Below, piece by piece: positions 11,765-24,749 of a stretch of DNA of 64,000 nucleotides. How positions within the stretch are numbered: position 1 is the first letter of the stretch; every line of letters begins with the position of its first letter. The stretch lies in the NCBI GenBank assembly GCA_964016885.1, contig CAXHJY010000644.1:124001-188000 (forward strand), given 5' to 3'. The translations under genes were made by a program, and so were the position numbers. The DNA is from Eledone cirrhosa. Lineage: Eukaryota. The notes below the pieces were generated by a model that saw nothing but the letters and a program-made list of their open reading frames with translations, did no database searches and had not been told where the DNA came from.

Positions 11765-14700
11765 CACAATTTCCCTCCCCCCACCCCCACACACCACCAT
11801 AGTCTATTCGACCAATCAAACCTGGCATGCCATTTCCACTGCTGCTGCTGCTACTACCTGCCTAACTAACTCTCTCCTCCTCTGGCGCATCCCAACACAC
11901 CCTGCCATTACCCCACCACCACTGTCCTTCTAGCCCTCAATTTTCCCACCGTTAGGGATGGATGAGCTGGGAATACACGAGCAACTCTGAATCAATAGAT
12001 GAAATATGAATCTGCGAGCTACCAAGCACCCACGTGAAGCGCCAACCCAGAGACCCTCCCCTACGAGTGTCGACAAATGCCCAAAACTCCGAGTTGGTAC
12101 CATCAATGTAGGCTCAATGAAAGGAAGAGCAGGAGAAATCGTAGAAATGCTAGAGCGAAAGGAAGTTGATGTATGCTGTGTGCAAGAGACTAGATGGAGA
12201 GGAGGGTCTGCTAGAGTCCTTGTAGGAAAAAGCCAGTGCTACAAATTTTTCTGGGTGGGAAATGACGATGGGATGGGTGGTGTAGGTATACTATTAGCTG
12301 ACAAGTGGGTAGATAAAGTAATCTCAGTGTACAGGGTAAATGCAAGAATCATTAAACTCAGACTAGTCCTGAATAAGACAATTACCACAATAATATCAGC
12401 TTACGCACCCCAATCGGGGCTGCCAGACGAACTTAAGGATAGGTTTTACGAGTCCCTAATACACACTACTGCTCTAACAGACGACAAGGACTTCCTAATC
12501 ATTGCAGGAGATTTTAACGGACACGTAGGTAAACACTGCGACGGCTTCAATAGAGTACATGGAGGCCATGGAGTTGGCACAAGGAATGAGGAAGGATTCA
12601 GACTTCTAGAATTCTGCGACGCCAATGACATGTCGATATGTAACACAAACTTTAAAAAACCCGACAACCACCTGATCACCTATAGATCAGGGGAGCACTC
12701 TAGTCAGTTAGATTTTATTCTCATCAGAGGACGTGACAGATGGACGGTCGTAAACACAAAAGCCTTCCCTAGTGAGGAATGTACATCCCAACATAGCTTA
12801 GTTGTCAGCGACCTCACGGTCAGAACTAGACGAGCCCTGAAACAGAGGCCAACCTGGAGAAGAAAGATCTGGAAGCTGAAAGTCCCCTCAACCAGTAACA
12901 GATTTAAAGATATTTTACTCAACGCCTACGACAGTAAAGAAGAACAGATAGAGACATTTAACGTAGAAGAGAACTGGGAGTTCCTAAAAAATAACTTACT
13001 AGAGGCGACGGATGAGGTTTGTGGCTGGAGTAAGACCTCAAGCAGGAGGAGAGTGACTTGGTGGTGGAACAATAAGGTAGATGAAGCAGTCAAGGCCAAG
13101 AGACAGGCATGGAAAGAATGGAAGAACGGGGGGAGCAGGGTACATTACATAGAGACCAAGAGGGAAGCTAGGCGACAAGTATACTTAGCTAGGAGGGAAG
13201 CAGAGGATAGAAAATTCAAGCATGTTTTACAACGTGAGGACCAGAAACAGGAGGTATTCAAGATTGCGAGGCAGTGTGTCAGAGATAGTTGTGATGTCAT
13301 TGGAGAGAAGTGTATCCGGAATGATAAAGGTGAGCTTGCCCTCACAAGTGCTGAGAAGAAAGATGCATGGAAGAGTCATTATGATAGATTACTAAATGAG
13401 GAGAATGCATGGGAAGAAGAGACCCTACCCCACGTAGACCCTATAGAGGGACCAGCAGTACAAGTCAGCGGCAGCGTAGTAAGTAAGGCAATCAGAGATA
13501 TGAAGATAGGGAAGGCAACCGGTCCATCGGGTATAGCTGCCGAGATGCTGAAGGCATCTGGGTCTGTAGGTCACACTATAACCACACGTATCGTTAACCA
13601 GGTAATACTAGAGGGGGCCATACCAAAAGATTGGTGCAGTAGCATCATTGTCAACTGCTACAAAGGTAAAGGCGATGCACTAGATAGAGGAAACTATAGA
13701 GGTATAAAGTTGATGGACCAGGTCATGAAAGTAACAGAAAGAGTTATAGCACAGCTGATTAGGGACCGGGTGAATATAGACGAGATGCAATTTGGGTTTG
13801 TTCCAGGGAAAGGCACCACTGATGCGCTCTTCCTTGTGAGGCAATTACAGGAAAAGTACCTAGCTAAAAGTAAGCCACTCTACTTGGCATTTGTCGACCT
13901 TGAGAAAGCCTTTGACAGAGTTCCACGTGCAGTAATCTGGTGGGCTCTTAGAAAACTAGGAGTAGATGAATGGCTTGTGAAAGCGGTACAAGCCATGTAT
14001 AGGGGAGCAGTCAGCAAAGTTAGGATTGGCAATGAGTATAGCGAGGAATTTAGCGTACAGGTTGGGGTCCACCAGGGCTCTGTTCTTAGCCCTCTCCTGT
14101 TCATCATAGTCCTGCAGGCAATAACGGAGGAGTTTAAGACCGGATGCCCATGGGAACTCCTGTATGCTGATGACCTCGCACTCATAGCTGAATCTATGGT
14201 AGAACTAGAGAATAAATTCCAAACCTGGAAGCAGGGACTAGAGAGAAAGGGCCTCAAAGTCAACATGACAAAGACTAAGGTCCTTATAAGTAGACGAGAA
14301 AACAGAACCCAGATCCCCTCAGGGAAATGGCCTTGCTCAGTATGTAGGAAAGGTGTAGGTAGGAACTCCATTCTTTGCCCCAAATGCAAACAATGGGTAC
14401 ACAAGAGATGTAGCGGGATCTCAGGAAGCTTAATTAAGAATGTAGGATTCACATGCAGCAGCTGTGCTGAAACAGCAAGCAAACAGCCACAGGAAACAAG
14501 TACCACCAATCTCTGGGAGGGCCCTGTAGAAACAGTAGACAGCTTCTGCTACCTAGGTGACCGAATTAGCAACGGAGGTGGGTGCTCAGAAAGTACAATA
14601 ACTAGGGTAAGAACGGGATGGAAGAAGTTTAGGGAACTACTACCACTGCTAGCTGCAAAAGGCTTCTCCCTCAGAATGAAAGGCAGACTGTATGATGCGT

Positions 14701-15428
14701 GTATCCGAACAGCGATGTTGCATGGTAGTGAGACCTGGGCGCTGAAGGTGGAAGACTTACGTAGATTAGAGAGAAACGAAGCCTGCATGCTCCGATGGAT
14801 GTGTAACAGTAATATACGTGAACGACAAAGCATAAATGAATTGAGAGAGAGACTGAGCATAAGAGGAATCAAATGCTGCGTGCAGGAGAGGCGGTTACGC
14901 TGGTATGGACATGTGATGCGTATGAAGGATGACAGCTGCATAAAAAGGTGCAGAGCACTAGAAGTTGATGGAAACCGCGGAGTGGGGAGACCCAAGATGA
15001 CTTGGGATGAGGTGATAAGAGCCGACCTTACCCAACTACACCTCTCAAAGTCAATGACACACGACCGTGACTTCTGGCGTCACGCAGTAATACAGGGTAC
15101 CCGACCTCCCATGGGTACATGCTGAAGCATATAAACAATATGCCCCCCCCCCCCACCGCAAGGTGGTCGTGGAGGTGCCACGGCAAAAAAGCACCCAGCC
15201 CACACTGTAAAGTGGACGTGTAGGCGCCACGAAAAAGCACCCAGCACTCACTGTAAATGAGGTTGGTGTTAGGAAGGGCATCCAGCTGTAGAAATCAAGC
15301 CAGATCAGTTCCTGTATGAGCAAGGCATGGTCAGCCGACCAGACACTGCCCACAACAGGACAACCCGTCTAACCCATGCTAGCGTGGAAGAACGGACGTA
15401 AAACGGTGATGATGATGATGATGATGAT
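11765..15428 (+). mobile_element. RTE LINE family A, apparently full-length and intact
   Basis: Short 5' UTR (boundary approximate), single APE-RT ORF, 3' UTR, (GAT)n tail. Confidence 0.93.
12006..15125 (+). CDS. RTE ORF: AP endonuclease, reverse transcriptase and PHD-like finger (1039 aa)
   Basis: GTINVGS, VQETRW, SAYAPQ, AGDFNGHVG, SQLDFIL, SQHSLV (APE); [20 protein letters not shown] (RT); no stops. Confidence 0.96.
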   Translation: MNLRATKHPREAPTQRPSPTSVDKCPKLRVGTINVGSMKGRAGEIVEMLERKEVDVCCVQETRWRGGSARVLVGKSQCYKFFWVGNDDGMGGVGILLADKWVDKVISVYRVNARIIKLRLVLNKTITTIISAYAPQSGLPDELKDRFYESLIHTTALTDDKDFLIIAGDFNGHVGKHCDGFNRVHGGHGVGTRNEEGFRLLEFCDANDMSICNTNFKKPDNHLITYRSGEHSSQLDFILIRGRDRWTVVNTKAFPSEECTSQHSLVVSDLTVRTRRALKQRPTWRRKIWKLKVPSTSNRFKDILLNAYDSKEEQIETFNVEENWEFLKNNLLEATDEVCGWSKTSSRRRVTWWWNNKVDEAVKAKRQAWKEWKNGGSRVHYIETKREARRQVYLARREAEDRKFKHVLQREDQKQEVFKIARQCVRDSCDVIGEKCIRNDKGELALTSAEKKDAWKSHYDRLLNEENAWEEETLPHVDPIEGPAVQVSGSVVSKAIRDMKIGKATGPSGIAAEMLKASGSVGHTITTRIVNQVILEGAIPKDWCSSIIVNCYKGKGDALDRGNYRGIKLMDQVMKVTERVIAQLIRDRVNIDEMQFGFVPGKGTTDALFLVRQLQEKYLAKSKPLYLAFVDLEKAFDRVPRAVIWWALRKLGVDEWLVKAVQAMYRGAVSKVRIGNEYSEEFSVQVGVHQGSVLSPLLFIIVLQAITEEFKTGCPWELLYADDLALIAESMVELENKFQTWKQGLERKGLKVNMTKTKVLISRRENRTQIPSGKWPCSVCRKGVGRNSILCPKCKQWVHKRCSGISGSLIKNVGFTCSSCAETASKQPQETSTTNLWEGPVETVDSFCYLGDRISNGGGCSESTITRVRTGWKKFRELLPLLAAKGFSLRMKGRLYDACIRTAMLHGSETWALKVEDLRRLERNEACMLRWMCNSNIRERQSINELRERLSIRGIKCCVQERRLRWYGHVMRMKDDSCIKRCRALEVDGNRGVGRPKMTWDEVIRADLTQLHLSKSMTHDRDFWRHAVIQGTRPPMGTC

Positions 15429-16035
15429 ATAAAGCTGTGGTTGTCTGTCTGTCTATCGATTTTTGGCACACATCTCCTCTTAGAATCTCTGACGGAATTG
15501 CACCGAAATTGCTAAACTTGTACATTGAGCCCTAGCGAAGACATCGGAAAAAAAATATTTCAAATTGACCCACCCTATGTGACGAAATCGAATCTAATGT
15601 ATCGATTTTTGAGCGTAAGTGACGAGTTATTTCCCTTTGTTCTGTTTACATTGAGCGTCTTCTTATATATATATATATATATAAAGCTGTGGTTGTCTGT
15701 CTATCGATTTTTGGCACAAGCAAAATTTTGACCTGCAAAATTCATCAGTTCGAACACTAAGCTTCCGTTTTGCTTCATTTCCATTTAAAAGCCTTTTAAA
15801 ACAATATTTTTACTTGAAAACAAGTCTATTTAAAGACTACGTAAAACAAGCAAATATTTCGTAAAAAAAAAGCAAAAATTATATAAGTTTATTTAAAATA
15901 TATGTATCTGTAAATTTCGTTAGGCGTGCAGACAGACAGTCGTGCAGACAGACTTTAAGCCAAAAAAGAAACTTAACATTGTAACTTTAACACAGCTACT
16001 GAGCGACCCCGAGCAACGCCGGGCTTTACTGCTAG
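15428..16035 (+). mobile_element. Non-autonomous Helitron with a duplicated 5' segment
   Basis: 3' end CCCGAGCAACGCCGGG hairpin then CTAG|T; TATAAAGCTGTGGTTGTCTGTC occurs at 15428 and again after TCTTATATAT at 15661. Confidence 0.75.
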
Positions 16036-16051
16036 TATATATATACATACA

Positions 16052-16085
<34 letters not shown>

Positions 16086-16194
16086 CATATATATATACAT
16101 ACATACATATATATATACATATATATATATACATATACATATATATATATACATATATATATACATACATACATACATATATACATATATATAT

Positions 16195-16227
<33 letters not shown>

Positions 16228-16366
16228 TATACATACATACATACATATATATATATACATACATACATACATATATATATATATATACATACATATATAT
16301 ATATACATACATACATATATATATATACATACATACATACATATATATATATAAATACATACATAC

Positions 16367-16403
<37 letters not shown>

Positions 16404-16512
16404 CATATGTATATATATATATATACATATATACATATATATATATATACATACATATATATACACATACATATATATACATATATATACATACATACAT
16501 ACATATATATAC

Positions 16513-16551
<39 letters not shown>

Positions 16552-16605
16552 CATATACATACATACATACATATATATACATACATACATATACATACAT
16601 ACATA

Positions 16606-16637
<32 letters not shown>

Positions 16638-16641
16638 CATA

Positions 16642-16673
<32 letters not shown>

Positions 16674-16851
16674 CATACATATATACATACATACATACAT
16701 ACATATATATACATACATACATATATATACATACATACATATATATATACATACATACATACATATATACATACATATATATATATATATATACATACAT
16801 ATATATATATACATACATACATATATACATACATACATACATATATATACA

Positions 16852-16892
<41 letters not shown>

Positions 16893-16901
16893 ACATACAT
16901 A
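16036..16901. repeat. (TACA/TA)n microsatellite
   Basis: Direct inspection. Confidence 0.97.
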
Positions 16902-17464
16902 TGGTGGCTGCCAACTCGTTTTCGAGTACGGCCACTACTTTATATCCATGTAGGAGAACCCCTACTGATGCGCTGAACGAGTGTGACTTTTTAGTCCAGC
17001 CAGCGACTTGAAAGCTCTGGTACAAACACTACACTTGTGACAATTATTGACACATAGTGCTGGGCCCATGGTACCATGTGACGACAAATGCAGAGAGATC
17101 TCCAGATATAAAGCAATGCCTGTGCCGTGAAGCTTTTATAGTGAGCAAAGGCACTGCACAAAGCCAGTCCCACTCTCTTAACCAAGATGATATTTACCAA
17201 AAAGAAGAACAAGTCAACATCATTGGATACCATCAGGGTTGCAGGTGTTATATCAGAGTTTTCCTTCTCCTAGAATTCTGCCTTGACAAAGGCTAAGGGG
17301 TCATCTCTCCCGGTGATTTTGGATGGCCATTGACTCTTAAGAGCTCCTTTGCCTTTTGACAGGTTTTGTTTTTAGTCCTGCAGGGTTTAGTCGCCAACGA
17401 CCCGACCATGGGACAGGTTGTACTGGAATACATGTTACCAGTAGCACCAACTGGTGACCTGACA
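16902..17464 (-). mobile_element. Bipartite non-autonomous RTE derivative (5' module plus 3' terminal stem-loop)
   Basis: 5' part matches 6958-7530; 3' end GGCCGTACTCGAAAACGAGTTGGCAGCCACCAT resembles the family C terminus at 4893-4926. Confidence 0.75.
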
Positions 17465-17520
17465 TATATATATATACATACATATATATATATACATACA
17501 TATATATATATACATACATA

Positions 17521-17560
<40 letters not shown>

Positions 17561-17756
17561 CATACATATATATATATACATACATATATATATATACATA
17601 ATATATATATATACATACATATATATATATATACATACATATATATATATACATACATATATATATATACATACATATATATATATATACATACATACAT
17701 ACATATATATATATATATATGTGTGTATATATATATATATAGTTTTAATATAGATG

Positions 17757-17807
17757 AGATTCTACAGGACTAGAACTGTTTCATTCTTTAGAAATCATCA
17801 GGAATCT
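17757..17807 (-). ncRNA. Type I hammerhead ribozyme (inverted copy)
   Basis: Reverse complement of 20100-20150. Confidence 0.85.
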
Positions 17808-18148
17808 GGGTATCAAAAAATAAATATGGTATTTATAGGTCTCTAAAAAACGACCTCCCACTATTGGCCCCTATACCTCCTTCCCACCATACCCCCACCC
17901 CTCCTCAACCTGAAATACGGCCACTATGGTTATGTGAGTACCTCTTTCCTATCTACATTATCTGCCTGTAGAGGTGTTTTTATGTGCCTGCGTATATGCG
18001 TATATTTATTGAGTACTTATTTATTTGTATGTGTATATATTTGTGTGTATGTGTGTATATGTATGTGTATGTATATATATATATGTATGTGTGTATATGT
18101 GTTTTATGTGTGTATATTTATGTATGTATATATATGTATATATGTATA

Positions 18149-18185
<37 letters not shown>

Positions 18186-18236
18186 GTGCATATATGTGTA
18201 TGTATGTGTATGTGTATGTATGTATATATGTATGTG

Positions 18237-18319
<83 letters not shown>

Positions 18320-18350
18320 GTGCGTGAGAGAGAGTGTGTGCATATATATT

Positions 18351-18381
<31 letters not shown>

Positions 18382-18482
18382 GCATGTATATATATGTATA
18401 TATATGTGTGTATATATGCGTATATATGTTTGTATATATGTGTATATTTATGTATATGTCTGTGTATGTATGTGTATATATG

Positions 18483-18515
<33 letters not shown>

Positions 18516-18612
18516 TTATATATATGCATGTGTATGTGTGTGTGTATATATATGTATATGTGTGTGTATATATGTGTGTGTATATGTATGTATATATATG
18601 TATATGTGTATG

Positions 18613-18649
<37 letters not shown>

Positions 18650-18885
18650 GTATGTATGTATATATATTTGTATATGTATGTATGTATGTATCTGTGTATG
18701 TATGTGTGTGCGTGTGTGTATATGTATATATGTGTATATATATTGTGTGTGTGTGTATGTGTATATATATGTGTATATGTATATTTGTATATATATATGT
18801 ATATATATATATATATATGTGTATATATATATATATGTGTGTATATATGTGTATGTATTTGTGTATGTATGTATGTATGTGTGTG

Positions 18886-18944
<59 letters not shown>

Positions 18945-18964
18945 GAATATATGTATGAATGGTG

Positions 18965-19050
<86 letters not shown>

Positions 19051-19077
19051 GTGTTTTTTTCCTTATATATGTGTATA

Positions 19078-19108
<31 letters not shown>

Positions 19109-19153
19109 GTATGTATGTGTGTGTGTGTGTGTATGTATATTTATATATTTATT

Positions 19154-19196
<43 letters not shown>

Positions 19197-19249
19197 TTGT
19201 GTGTATGTGTGTGTATATGTATATATATATATATGTGTGTATATGTATG

Positions 19250-19283
<34 letters not shown>

Positions 19284-19400
19284 ATATATATATATCTATG
19301 TGTATGTATGTGTATATGTATACACATGTATATTTGTGTGTATGTATGTATGTGTGTGAGTGTATTTATATGTGTATATATATGTGTGTGTGTGTCTGTG

Positions 19401-19549
<149 letters not shown>

Positions 19550-20099
19550 GTGTGTGTGTTTTTATGTGTGTATATGTGTATGTGTATGTGTGTTTATGGT
19601 TGTGCGCGAGTGTGTGAGTGAGTGTGTTTTTTTGTGAATGTGACTGTTGATTTTTGGCATATAGTTGATTAGTTTAAGAGAAGTTCGAAGATAATTGTAA
19701 GATATGCACTCAGTATTTTGAATCTGTCTCCAGAATTCTCTAAACCTTTGTCACTTAGTAGAACCTTAATGAATTTAGCTTTTAAAGAATCTCCCTTTCC
19801 TTTAATTCTATCTACCATGACTGACCCCCCCCCCCCCCCCCACTGATCTTATAGACATCTGTTAGCTTAAGAGAAACTTAATGACAAGGAATGGTATGCC
19901 ATCCGGAACCTGTTTATAGAATTCTGTCTGCCTTTGTTACTCTAAAAACAAAAATTAATAAAAATAAACTATAGCTTTGTAGAATTAGCTTTTAATGAAT
20001 TCCCTTTTCTATCAACCAATGCCCTACACCGATCCCACTCCCCACCCTCTCCTACCACTTGTAGAGACCTATAAATACCATATTTATTTTTTGATACCC

Positions 20100-20150
20100 A
20101 GATTCCTGATGATTTCTAAAGAATGAAACAGTTCTAGTCCTGTAGAATCT
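20100..20150 (+). ncRNA. Type I hammerhead ribozyme
   Basis: agattc-CTGATGA-t-ttc/taaa/gaa-t-GAAA-cag/ttctagtc/ctg-TA-gaatct; GUA cleavage triplet. Confidence 0.88.
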
Positions 20151-20374
20151 CATCTATATTAAAACTTTTATACTCTGCAATGTATTGAGTACCTTACTTA
20201 CTGTGGTTACCTCCGATTCAACCCGGAATAACGTACTATATATATATATATATATATATACATACATACACATATATATATATATATATACGTAAGTCCC
20301 GGGTTGAGTCGGGGATAACCACAGTAAGTAAGGTACTCAATACATGGCAGAGTAAAATTTTTTTATTTTATAGG

Positions 20375-20425
20375 AGCTTCTACAGGACTAGTACTGTTTC
20401 ATTCAGATGAAATCTTCAGGAAGCT
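20375..20425 (-). ncRNA. Type I hammerhead ribozyme
   Basis: agcttc-CTGAAGA-t-ttca/tc/tgaa-t-GAAA-cag..ctg-TA-gaagct. Confidence 0.87.
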
Positions 20426-20989
20426 GGGTGTCATATTAAGTTCTGGTATTTATACATTCAGGTAGTGATAAGGGAGGGGTGGTGGAAGGGGGGGGGTATT
20501 TAGATACACAGGACCACTTCATGGAAACAGGCCGTTTTTTCTTTGAGGAGTGGTTAATTAGCCAGAGTGCTTTTTTGAAATAAAAAAATAAGTAAATAAA
20601 TAAATAAATGAATAAATAGATAAAAGAATAAATAAATAAAATAAATAAAAAAATAAATAAAAATAAATAAATAAAAACCCCAAGAATAGTAATTCAACAG
20701 ATATATAGTAGGGAAATTTAGGTGGGTTGGTAATAGAAATTAAACATTTAACAAGACCAAATCATGGCACAGACTGGGGTGAGTGGTCAAGTTAACATAC
20801 AAGCCACAGGTGGCCAGAGTGTTTTTGTAGGATGGAAAGATTAAAATATATTTACATACTCACAACCACATACAAAAACACTTACACACATATATATACA
20901 CACACATATTTAAACACTTACACACTCATATATACCTATATATATATGTGTGTGTGTGTGTGCACACCTACACATTCACACACCTATAC

Positions 20990-21060
<71 letters not shown>

Positions 21061-21275
21061 TGTGTGTGCGTATACACATACACACACACACATACATATA
21101 CATATACACACACACACACATATACATACATACATACACATATCTACATATATTCACAAGAAAAACACAAACACACAAATATACACACACACACGCATAC
21201 ACATACACACACATATATATCTACACATACACACGTGCGCATACACATATATATATATATATATACATATATATG

Positions 21276-21306
<31 letters not shown>

Positions 21307-21420
21307 ACACCGACATGTACGTATGTCACTCTCCTGTAAACTATACTATACATACACATACATACATATGCACACACATATATACACATACATACACACA
21401 CACACACAAACACATACATT

Positions 21421-21474
<54 letters not shown>

Positions 21475-21477
21475 CAA

Positions 21478-21524
<47 letters not shown>

Positions 21525-21593
21525 CACATACACATACATATAAAATCTCATATATATATATATACACATATATATATACATATACATACCCAT

Positions 21594-21642
<49 letters not shown>

Positions 21643-22469
21643 CATACATACACATACACATACATACATACACATATACATACACACACATACACATTTA
21701 CAAGCAAACACGCATACATACACATACATACATACAAATAAGTACACATAAACGCATATGCACAAACACGCACTCGTTCTCACTCATACATGTGTCTATA
21801 ATATAAAGGTAGTGGGACAAATTTTAATTTTAAATTTTAAGTTTTAAACTGGGCCTGATAGAGGATAAAATAATTAATGTCACTATTAAGTTATTAATAT
21901 TATCATCAAGTAATTAATTACTATTTATTATTTATTACCTACTAGTTACCATTCACTATTCGTTACCTATCTTTTATCCCTTATCTATTCATTACCTAAT
22001 CATTCACTCATAAATTAATAAATAAATGAATGAGTTAACTAACAAACAAACAAACAAACAGACAGATAAACAAATAAACCAGTAAATAAGTAAATAAATA
22101 AACAAATAAATAAATAAATAAATGGATAAATAAGTAAATAAAGTAACTAATTAAATAAATAAATAAATAAACAAATATACAGTCAAATAGATAAATAAAT
22201 CATGAACGTGTGCGTGCATCAGTTCATAACTGCGCGTATGCAAACATGAGCAGGTATGTACGTGAATTTGTGTGTGCGGCCACGGAACTTACTCAGAGGC
22301 ATACAACACAATATATAAGACCTGGAGGGGAGGAAAGAAGGTAATAATGAGAGATAGAGGGGAGGAAAGAGGGTAATAATGAGAGATGGAGGGACGGAAA
22401 TGGGATGGGGGGCGGGGGTGGGGTGGTGATATGTGGGGGGGGGGGGGGGGGTCAGTTGGGGGGGGGGGG

Positions 22470-23692
22470 GGGTTCTGTAGTTTTTGTAATTTGCATAGTT
22501 CTTGTGCATGCAATTAGGGGAGTGTTCCGAGATCTTGTTGAGGAGAGGGCCTTTGGCGAATAGAATCTCATAGCTCTCGGAGGTACAGAGGTCACAGCAA
22601 TTATGGCCTCCCGTGTATGATCGCACTCTCTGGAGTAGTCTCCATTGGGTCTTGAAGGGGATGGAGTTCCTTTTTAGGTGCCAGATGTGGGCGGCGAGTG
22701 TAGTTTGGTTAGATTTGTCTGGGCGCCGGAACGAATGTATGTGGGCGTACCAGCGAGTCTTAAAACTATTAGAAGTCATCCCGATGTATGAGTTTCTTTT
22801 TTCATCGGGGCCTGAGAGTACATCGCATATATACACGAGATCTTTTTTTTAGACAGTTGTTGTTGAGAGGGCAGGTCGTCTTATCAGGGCAATTGCAGTT
22901 GCTATCGGCTGCTGGATGGGCTTCGGAAAAAGTAGACTTATTTAGCTTCTTGATGTTGTTGTTGGCTAAGTTTCTAGCTAGATTAGGTGTGGTAGAGTAA
23001 GAGAGTCTAATGGTATTCTTATTAAGGATAGTATAGTACCTATGTTGGGTGGGGAAGTGTTTTTGTAAGAGAGTGAAGAAAATTTTAGCTACAGGTGTTG
23101 AAACTTCTCGGTTGAAGGGGGGCTAATGTGCCTTCGCCTATTCTTCCTGGGTGGGCGTGGGGCTATAGTAAGGTAGGTGATCTTATCTCTAAAGCCGCTG
23201 CGGGCCAGGGCCTCGTTGTAATAGGGGGCTGCTGCTCTAAAGATATCTTCATTGGCGGCGAGGTTAGATATCCTAATGGAGACACTTTTTACTAGGTTGT
23301 CTAATATATTTTTGGGGTGGTTAGAATTAACGTCTATATATCTAAGGGATTCATTAGGTTTGTGGTACCGGTAGTAAAGGGAAGTTTCTAAGTCGAGGGT
23401 AACGTCTAGGAAGTTAGCTTTAGTTAAATTCGAATCTAAGGTAATCCTAAGGCCTAAGTTTTTAAAGAAGGTGTAAAGGTTTTTCCTGAACCCATCCGTG
23501 GTCCTGGGGTTGATTTTGTGGAGGGCAAAGAGGCCGTCATCTCGGTAGAGACCGCCGGAGAGGCCTGTGAAGAGGGTCTTCAACCTGTGGAGGATGAACA
23601 GACCCACAAGGTCACTAATTTCAGCTGAGTCGCTAGCACCCATGCTAACGTCGAAGGGGGTCTCAGATTCTTTGTTGATCCAGTGGGATCTG
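22470..23692 (-). pseudogene. PLE RT and GIY-YIG endonuclease, frameshifted (tentatively Naiad-like)
   Basis: FDVSMGASDSAE, GLYRDDGL, NFLDVTLDL, SNHP; SYIGMTSNSFKTRW..H..SF, CDLC..E, CMH. Confidence 0.88.
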
Positions 23693-23979
23693 TCGCTGGT
23701 ACGCCCACACACATTCGTTCCGGCGCCCAGACAAATCTAACCAAACTACACACGCCGCCCACATCTGGCACCTAAAAAGGAACTCCATCCCCTTCAAGAC
23801 CCAATGGAGACTACTCCAGAGAGCGCGATCATACACGGGAGGCCATAATTGCTGTGACCTCTGTATCTCCGAGAGCTATGAGATTCTATTCGCCAAAGGC
23901 CCTCTCCTCAACAAGATCTCGGAACACTCCCCTAATTGCATGCACAAGAACTATGCAAATTACAAAAACTACAGACCCC
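23693..23979 (+). repeat. Inverted duplicate of the PLE GIY-YIG segment
   Basis: Reverse complement of about 22470-22756. Confidence 0.9.
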
Positions 23980-24370
23980 CAGTCTTATAAATAAATAGAT
24001 ACGACATACCTTTCAATCACCTTGCATTTGGGAGGTTGATTTGGCAGTAAAAAATATTGTGGACAGTTGTAAAAAGAAAGAGAGAAAGAAAGAAAGAAAG
24101 AGAAACGAAGAAAAAGAAGAAATGCATGATTGAAAGGTATGTCGTATCTATTTATTTATAAGACTGTTTATATTGTATTTTGTCTGAAGAAGGCATAACA
24201 TATTGTTAATATGATATCCCTGAAATATATATAACGAAATAAATATGGTTTTATAAATATAGTTTCCATTTATTTAATATCATAAATATACTCCAAATAC
24301 TTGTTGAGTGCTTTTATATCAGTTATAAATATTTACTCGTTGTTAACCCAACAATTTAAATATAACTTTC

Positions 24371-24372
<2 letters not shown>
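23980..24372 (+). mobile_element. Short PLE 3'-end insert with 39-bp inverted arm and hammerhead
   Basis: AGTCTTATAAATAAATAGATACGACATACCTTTCAATCA (from 23981) is inverted at about 24127-24165; hammerhead follows. Confidence 0.7.
24176..24241 (+). ncRNA. Minimal type I hammerhead with palindromic stem III
   Basis: tattttgt-CTGAAGA-stem II-GAAA-tatata-TA-acgaaata; 8-bp stem I. Confidence 0.75.
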
Positions 24373-24404
<32 letters not shown>

Positions 24405-24631
24405 CGTATATATGTATATATATATATATATATGTATGTGTATGCGCACGTGTGTATGTGTAGATATATATGTGTGTGTATGTGTATGCGTGTGTGTGTG
24501 TGTATTTGTGTGTGTGTATATTTGTGTGTTTGTGTTTTTCTTGTGAATATATGTAGATATGTGTATGTAGGTATATGTGTGTGTGTGTGTATATATATGT
24601 GTGTGTGTGTATATGTGTATACGCACACATA

Positions 24632-24682
<51 letters not shown>

Positions 24683-24718
24683 GTATATGTGTGTGAATGT
24701 GTAGGTGTGCACACACGC

Positions 24719-24749
<31 letters not shown>

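Larger units (their letters stand above)
20291..23692 (-). mobile_element. Penelope-like element (RT and GIY-YIG), 5'-truncated
   Basis: Coding remnant, microsatellite-rich 3' UTR and terminal hammerhead; interrupted inverted arm at 23693-27010. Confidence 0.88.
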
